The notes below the pieces were generated by a model. It saw only the letters and a list, made by a program, of their open reading frames with translations. It had not been told where the DNA came from and did no database searches. The position numbers were made by a program, and so were the translations under genes. This document shows positions 58,442 through 64,000 of a stretch of DNA of 64,000 nt, piece by piece. How positions within the stretch are numbered: position 1 is the first letter of the stretch; each line of letters begins with the position of its first letter. Source of the DNA: Candidatus Hermodarchaeum yapensis (GTDB lineage Archaea > Asgardarchaeota > Hermodarchaeia > Hermodarchaeales > Hermodarchaeaceae); assembly GCA_016840405.1 (NCBI GenBank), contig JAEOSK010000005.1:1-64000 (forward strand). The letters are read 5' to 3'.

Positions 58442-59506
58442 ATGCCAGATGAACCAAAGGCTCACCGGATGCAGCTCCCTGGCGAAGTTGTTATTGGATC
58501 AGGTGTTGTTCATCAATTGGGGGAAGTTGTCCAACGGGTTGTCCCCTCACGACGCGTAATTCTCATCACCAATAAGGACCTGATGAGCGTCGTCGGGAAC
58601 GATGCTGTAACAGCCCTGGAACAGGCACAATATGATGTTGAAGTTATTTACATCAAAAAAGCCACCGATGAAGAAGTGGATAAATCCTGTGAACAACTGC
58701 GTAAGCAAAGTGCGGGTGTTGTTGTTGCTGTGGGTGGAGGTTCCGTCATTGATACGGCAAAATTGTGTTCAACCAAAGAGGGACAACCATTTGTAAGTGT
58801 CCCCACCTCAGCTGCCCATGACGGCATTTCGAGTCCCAGGGCATCTATCAAAAAGGATGGAACCTCTGTCTCCGTTGAGGGACAATCACCAATTGCGATA
58901 GTGGCTGACACACGAGTCGTTACTCAGGCGCCCTTCCGGTTCACTGCTGCCGGTTGTGGAGACTTAATATCAAAAATTACAGCAGTTCGAGACTGGAAAC
59001 TAGCGCATACTCTTGGCTACGAGTATTATGGAGAATATGCAGCATCCATGTCGCTTATGGGATCTCAAATAATCATCGAAAATGCAGCCACAATAAAACC
59101 AGGTAATGAACAAAGTGTTCGCATGGTCCTTGAAGCCCTTATCGCTAGCGGCATCGCGATGGGTATTGCTGGGTCAAGTCGACCAGCAAGTGGATCTGAA
59201 CACAAGTTCAGCCATGCTCTTGACCGAATCGCCCCCAATCCAGCTCTTCATGGTGAACAGTGTGGTGTTGGAACGATTATGATGGGATATCTCCACGCCA
59301 TTAACTGGGAAGAAATTCGTGATGCACTAGCAACCGTTGGTGCCCCTACAACCGCAAAGGAACTTGGGATGAAAGATGAACATATAATTGAAGCGCTAAA
59401 GATTGCTCACACTATCAATCCTAATCGTTATACTATTCTGGGTGAAAAAGGGCTCACGGAAAAGGCTGCGAAACGCCTTGCACGAATCACAGGCGTCATT
59501 AAATAA
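58442..59506 (+). CDS. egsA: sn-glycerol-1-phosphate dehydrogenase
   Basis: GGGSVIDTAK, PTSAAHDGISSP, SSRPASGSEHKFSHALD, LHGEQCG, RYTILG. Confidence 0.95.
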   Translation: MPDEPKAHRMQLPGEVVIGSGVVHQLGEVVQRVVPSRRVILITNKDLMSVVGNDAVTALEQAQYDVEVIYIKKATDEEVDKSCEQLRKQSAGVVVAVGGGSVIDTAKLCSTKEGQPFVSVPTSAAHDGISSPRASIKKDGTSVSVEGQSPIAIVADTRVVTQAPFRFTAAGCGDLISKITAVRDWKLAHTLGYEYYGEYAASMSLMGSQIIIENAATIKPGNEQSVRMVLEALIASGIAMGIAGSSRPASGSEHKFSHALDRIAPNPALHGEQCGVGTIMMGYLHAINWEEIRDALATVGAPTTAKELGMKDEHIIEALKIAHTINPNRYTILGEKGLTEKAAKRLARITGVIK

Positions 59507-59587
59507 TAATCAGACTCACGGCAGATTTTTGAACCCTCTTCGAGAGGGATATTGTAAGGCTAGAGATTTCTACTCTTTGACTATGGG

Positions 59588-60679
59588 GTGAAAGACCTGA
59601 TCCACCAACTCTATGTTATCAGTAAAAATGGACCACTTCTCTTCGAAAAGACGTACATCAAAGGGGCAACATCAACTGATCCTGATTTATCCTCCGGCCT
59701 CATAACCGCCCTCTATCATTTTACCAAAGACACTCACGCTGAGATAATTCAAAAATTCGAAATGGAAGACCTCAAACTCATCTTCGATGAGAGCGAAACG
59801 CTACTATTTGCAGCGACTGTTGATAACAAACTTCCAGACAAGGATGCCATTGATGTCATCGAACGAATCCGTGACTATTGGATTCTCCACTATGGCGAAC
59901 AAAAAGGAACCAAAATTGAACGGACAAAATACGAACCCTTTGCCATCGATGCTGAACGAATCATCGTTGAGAACTTATGGTGGTTGGGTGAAGGAAAAAA
60001 ATTCAGTTTACGGAATCAGGGACGCTATCTGAAAGAAACTATCACACGCCCAAGCCGATGTGTCGGAGCCCGTTATCTTAGTAAAAGCTTCCTGCTTACA
60101 CCGATTCTCATTCTACTCGCAACAGTTGTAATCTCATTCATCTTACAGGGTCAAGTCATGGGATTCGGGATGATGTTCTTTGAAACCCAGGCACTCGAAT
60201 ACCTCATCACGATGACGTTCAACATCGTTGCTTTTTGGCTCATTCTAGCGGTCATGACGACAGCCATTAATAGTCGTCGAGATACCCTTCGAGAAACAAT
60301 CCTCTCATCCGGCTATGTCATGATCTTTATGCTAGCCCTTTTCTTCGTGGCGTCCAAATTCTATGTCGATTTTGTCTATTCGTTGATTTTTCCAGGATTC
60401 TCATCTCTACCCTTTGATGCTCGAATCAATATCACCAATGACCCCAATTTACAGGTGATTAACTACCTCCTCTGGACAGGTCCAGGTACGATTCTCCTCT
60501 TCACTTGGTTAATTCTGTTTGCTTATGTCACCTACAATCTTCAACGACCCAAACCACTACAACATGTCCTTGCTATCGCCGTTGCTTTTGTGTTTGTCAT
60601 CCTAGTGCAAACCGCCTTCTATTACTTCATCTTTGGAGTACCAGTTCTAACACCAATACCATTAACTCCTGCACCTTAA
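59588..60679 (+). CDS. Longin domain fused to a five-TM (Yip1-like) membrane domain
   Basis: LYVISKNG.LLF...DPDL.SGLITALYHF longin pattern; then ITRPS and five TM segments. Confidence 0.72.
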   Translation: MKDLIHQLYVISKNGPLLFEKTYIKGATSTDPDLSSGLITALYHFTKDTHAEIIQKFEMEDLKLIFDESETLLFAATVDNKLPDKDAIDVIERIRDYWILHYGEQKGTKIERTKYEPFAIDAERIIVENLWWLGEGKKFSLRNQGRYLKETITRPSRCVGARYLSKSFLLTPILILLATVVISFILQGQVMGFGMMFFETQALEYLITMTFNIVAFWLILAVMTTAINSRRDTLRETILSSGYVMIFMLALFFVASKFYVDFVYSLIFPGFSSLPFDARINITNDPNLQVINYLLWTGPGTILLFTWLILFAYVTYNLQRPKPLQHVLAIAVAFVFVILVQTAFYYFIFGVPVLTPIPLTPAP

Positions 60680-60680
60680 G

Positions 60681-60770
60681 TAGAAAGAAAAAAGGTCGAA
60701 GAAAAAAGAGGGGAGGGAGGGGACCAGTAGTCCCCCATATTTTGATTAGGGAGAGCAGAGGCTCCTAATC
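60681..60770 (-). terminator. Two hairpins plus T-tracts downstream of the large surface-protein gene
   Basis: GATTAGG(G)AG/CTCCTAATC (60744-70) and GGGGAC/GTCCCC (60719-35), followed on the minus strand by T-rich runs. Confidence 0.6.
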
Positions 60771-63700
60771 TAGCGGTCGGCCCAATAATCGCTTGTTGCC
60801 TTGCGAGTTGCCTTGGAGGGCCCAGAACCGCGACGACGAACATTCATAATACCAACAACTACCAAGATGACAAGGATGGCGACGCCAATCGCAATTATTC
60901 CAACATTTTGAAGTAGCCAGTCTAGCCCGTCTCCGGGTGGTGGACCGGGTGGAATCATGTTTAGTGCGCTGGTGTAGATGCCGAAGTAGGGATCGTTGTC
61001 AATGGAATAGCCGTCCCAGTTGGTAAAGCCAGAAAGCATGAAGAAGAAGGTGCTTTCCATTTCCCAATGGGTCACGCTCTTTCCAGTTTCTGAATGGAAC
61101 ATCGCGCTAAAGGCGCCCATTGGAACTGTGGCGGCAGAGCAGTTGTAGGTTTGACCGTCTTTGCCCCAGTCATAGAGTTGGCCGCCCATTTGCACGGATG
61201 CGAACGTACGTCCTTCGGAGCCAAAAAGGTACATGTCACCGATTTCGGTGTTCTCATTATTACTAGCGACTTGTTTGTTGTCAACGCTGAATTCAGAGAA
61301 GGTGTCAGTGCTGAGTGCACCGAAGTAGCTGATAGCAAGTCCACGCCCTTCAAGAACTCGGTTGTCGAAGTGATGGAGGGTCCAATCCCCGATGTATTGA
61401 TCAACCTTGATGTCTACGAGGTTATTGTTTGGTTCAGGGTTCTCTGCTGTGTTCGCAAGTAAGACTTGGAAGTGAACATCAAATCCGATTTCATCGATAG
61501 TGGCTTGGGAAACCATGTAGTCAAAGTCTGTGGCATTAAGACCAACTAGACCAGCACCAGTACCATGGTAGTCCCAGCAGCTTTTGAGTCCTGTTCCGAG
61601 TTCAGTATGGGTTGGAAAGAGGGTTCCAGTGATATCATAGATTCGGACACCATAATCAACCCATTCGCTGGTAGAGATTTGTCGTTGACCATCTGATTCA
61701 GTAGAGTTGAAAGGTAAGGTGAAACTGATGCTTCCGACATCTTCCATTAGGAAGTAGTGGGTTACTTCGTCAGTATCAATAAACCCTTCAGTGACGTAAA
61801 AATCGGGAACTCCATTACCTCCAAGTGTTTGGTTATCAGTAAACAGGAGGAGGCCAGAGAAGGCAGTGTGGAAGTTTGCGTGAGTTGTAGAATTGTCATC
61901 AAAGGCGAGTACAAAGCCTTGGGTGGTGTCAAAACCAAACCAGGAAAATTCCCAAGTGTTATCATCAAGCCACCACCATTCAGCTTGGATGTCGTCCCAG
62001 CTTCGGTTGAGGGTCATCCAAGCGATGCCATGATAACCCGGAGCAGGTATCTGTTCAGTCATATTCAGCCAGACGGTATCGAGGATCGATGCCATTTCAG
62101 GTGCACTGACGAGAGATAAGTCGTTGCTGTGATACCAGTAGAAGGATTCGTTCCATTGGTAGGTTACTCGGTCAGTGTGCAACCCCATCCAGCTGGAGGA
62201 CATAAATTCGTCGCCTTGATGCTCAAACATTGGTGTTGGATCAAAGGTGATATGAACAAAGAGCGAATCATCCGTCCATTCATGATCGTCGTGCCAATTG
62301 TAAACCCGCTTCACATAGTACTGGTCAGCGATTGTTTCGAGGTCACCGTCTAAATCGAGTGCACCGTCTTCAGTAACCGCCCATAACTCAGGAATATAGG
62401 ACCAGGTGTTGCCTAGGGTGAACCATGAGGGAGTCCATTGGGTTCGTCCACCAAAGTAGAGAAACTCTATGTTCCACCATTGGGGTTCCCAGGTGCCAGT
62501 CGTATTCCAGTAGATAGTGCGGTTTTGTTGTGCTTGGAACTCAAACCAGTAGTCGCCATGAGGCGCTCCATTTAAGAATTTCATTTCTACGTTAAACTTC
62601 GTCAACTGTTCAGCAATGTCAATTTCAACGCCAAAAACCTGAATAAGGTTTGAGAGACCAACTGTGGTGTTCGTTTCAACCCGGCTTACCAAGAAACCAT
62701 CCATGCTAAACCAAGTTTCATTGACTATACTACAGTATTGGTCAATCACTGTCAAAGTATCAGCATCAATGAGCAGATTGATGCTAGAATAGGCATTCCA
62801 ATTATGCGTGTCATTCCATCCCCAAGCATTCCCGCCAATCCAAAGGGTTATAGTCTCCAATGTGAGCTCCTCACGTTCCCATTGTCCAGCAGAATTGTCT
62901 GGATCACTAAAGTGTTCAAAGAGTTCAGAGGATGCATGTACATCCAAGGAAATGTTAACGTGCTCCAGGGGATCTGCTTGTGTGCGGATTTCTCCGGTAA
63001 AAGCGTCACGAATGAAGCCATCGGCAAGGAAGTCATTGTATCCAAATCGAAAACCATCTGTCTCACAGAAGCTCATGCTGGGCTCGGCTCGTTTTCCATC
63101 AAGTGTGGAAGTGCCATGCTCTCGGGGTTGTCCAGCCCAGACATGGAAGAATCCGCCATAATTATCGTTACCGTGATTCAATACTGCCTCGGTTAACGAA
63201 AACTTCCAGTGGATAGTCTGAGGATCTAAATCACCGCTCGAAGGATCAAAGACGATGAAATCAGGAAGGATAGAGGCATTGACAACCATCTCTGGTTGAT
63301 ACATCCAATTACCCATTCCACTACCGTAATCTTCCCAGACATAGGATTCATACTTGTAAAACGCAAAGGCTTCAGCAACATCTGTTGTTGCATTATAAGA
63401 GAAGCCAAGGCTAGGATACAGCCACGCTTCATACTCGTACCACGCCGTGTTAAAGTCCGAATAATCTTCAGGATATGAGACATTCATGCGAATAACGTAT
63501 TCTGGTTGCCAGCCTCCATCAATAATCCAGTCAAGGGAGAAACCGGCAAAACCGACTGGTTCAGTCATAGTAAGTTCGACAATAAGGGGATCTCCAGCTT
63601 CAGCGTACTGAATGGGCATTAAAGATGTCCCGTTCAATAGTCGTAATTCGTATTCGGGCATTGGCATGAAACCATGGTGGAAGTCCAGTTCACATTCAAG

Positions 63701-64000
63701 AGCAATGGGGGGCATGGGCATATCGCCAGTGTAGCCTAGATTGAACCAACTAGGATAGATGAAGTTGTTTGCGTCGTCCATAGCATGAGCATAGCTATGA
63801 TACACACCAATGGGTGCGAAAGAGTTGAAAACTCCAGTGAAGGTGATATTGAGCATTGTCGTGTCTTCCGTGATGAATCCACCCTGAAAGTCAAAGAATT
63901 CCACAGGGTCTCGTGGGTCGCTGGGCATCATGTCATGAAGAGCACTGAATACATTCCAGTCACCTGTCTTTGTGAAATAATCCATCCAGATGCCAGCAGA
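60770..64000 (-). CDS. Very large acidic cell-surface glycoprotein with C-terminal TM anchor (5' partial)
   Basis: Frame stays open to the window end; many NxS/T sequons, W/Y/F/D-rich, DLDGD motif, PPGPPP linker, TM, basic tail. Confidence 0.8.
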   Translation of the reverse strand, partial: SAGIWMDYFTKTGDWNVFSALHDMMPSDPRDPVEFFDFQGGFITEDTTMLNITFTGVFNSFAPIGVYHSYAHAMDDANNFIYPSWFNLGYTGDMPMPPIALECELDFHHGFMPMPEYELRLLNGTSLMPIQYAEAGDPLIVELTMTEPVGFAGFSLDWIIDGGWQPEYVIRMNVSYPEDYSDFNTAWYEYEAWLYPSLGFSYNATTDVAEAFAFYKYESYVWEDYGSGMGNWMYQPEMVVNASILPDFIVFDPSSGDLDPQTIHWKFSLTEAVLNHGNDNYGGFFHVWAGQPREHGTSTLDGKRAEPSMSFCETDGFRFGYNDFLADGFIRDAFTGEIRTQADPLEHVNISLDVHASSELFEHFSDPDNSAGQWEREELTLETITLWIGGNAWGWNDTHNWNAYSSINLLIDADTLTVIDQYCSIVNETWFSMDGFLVSRVETNTTVGLSNLIQVFGVEIDIAEQLTKFNVEMKFLNGAPHGDYWFEFQAQQNRTIYWNTTGTWEPQWWNIEFLYFGGRTQWTPSWFTLGNTWSYIPELWAVTEDGALDLDGDLETIADQYYVKRVYNWHDDHEWTDDSLFVHITFDPTPMFEHQGDEFMSSSWMGLHTDRVTYQWNESFYWYHSNDLSLVSAPEMASILDTVWLNMTEQIPAPGYHGIAWMTLNRSWDDIQAEWWWLDDNTWEFSWFGFDTTQGFVLAFDDNSTTHANFHTAFSGLLLFTDNQTLGGNGVPDFYVTEGFIDTDEVTHYFLMEDVGSISFTLPFNSTESDGQRQISTSEWVDYGVRIYDITGTLFPTHTELGTGLKSCWDYHGTGAGLVGLNATDFDYMVSQATIDEIGFDVHFQVLLANTAENPEPNNNLVDIKVDQYIGDWTLHHFDNRVLEGRGLAISYFGALSTDTFSEFSVDNKQVASNNENTEIGDMYLFGSEGRTFASVQMGGQLYDWGKDGQTYNCSAATVPMGAFSAMFHSETGKSVTHWEMESTFFFMLSGFTNWDGYSIDNDPYFGIYTSALNMIPPGPPPGDGLDWLLQNVGIIAIGVAILVILVVVGIMNVRRRGSGPSKATRKATSDYWADR

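Noticed and set aside
60681-60770. SECIS element
   Set aside because: No in-frame UGA seen in the adjacent coding regions in this window; the hairpins plus T-tracts fit a terminator
1-64000. tRNA/rRNA genes, transposases, integrases
   Set aside because: None recognised by eye; intron-containing tRNAs or small ncRNAs could be missed without tRNAscan-SE/Infernal

Overview
Gene-dense archaeal chromosomal segment, very probably from an Asgard archaeon. The evidence is egsA, SCP2-type thiolase/DUF35 pairs, and eukaryotic-signature proteins: a longin-Arf-like GTPase fusion, a two-domain gelsolin and a longin-membrane fusion. The dominant feature (~9.5-39.9 kb) is an anaerobic aromatic-degradation supercluster: class I Bzd-type benzoyl-CoA reductase (bzdNOPQ), ferredoxin bzdM, bzdV, dch/had/oah-like ring-processing enzymes, IorAB, a tungsten AOR module and lower beta-oxidation genes. 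Benzoyl-CoA reductase plus Asgard markers fits Hermodarchaeota (inference only). The least explained elements are: a three-gene unit with two equal-length coiled-coil + C-terminal winged-helix paralogs (40.1-42.2 kb); a structured, extremely AT-rich 450-bp non-coding element (45.6-46.05 kb); a longin-Yip1-like fusion next to egsA; a tandem pair of CxxC-less thioredoxin-fold paralogs; and two frameshifted surface-protein genes. I saw no rRNA, tRNA, CRISPR array or transposase. All calls come from motif recognition by eye; no database searches were run.
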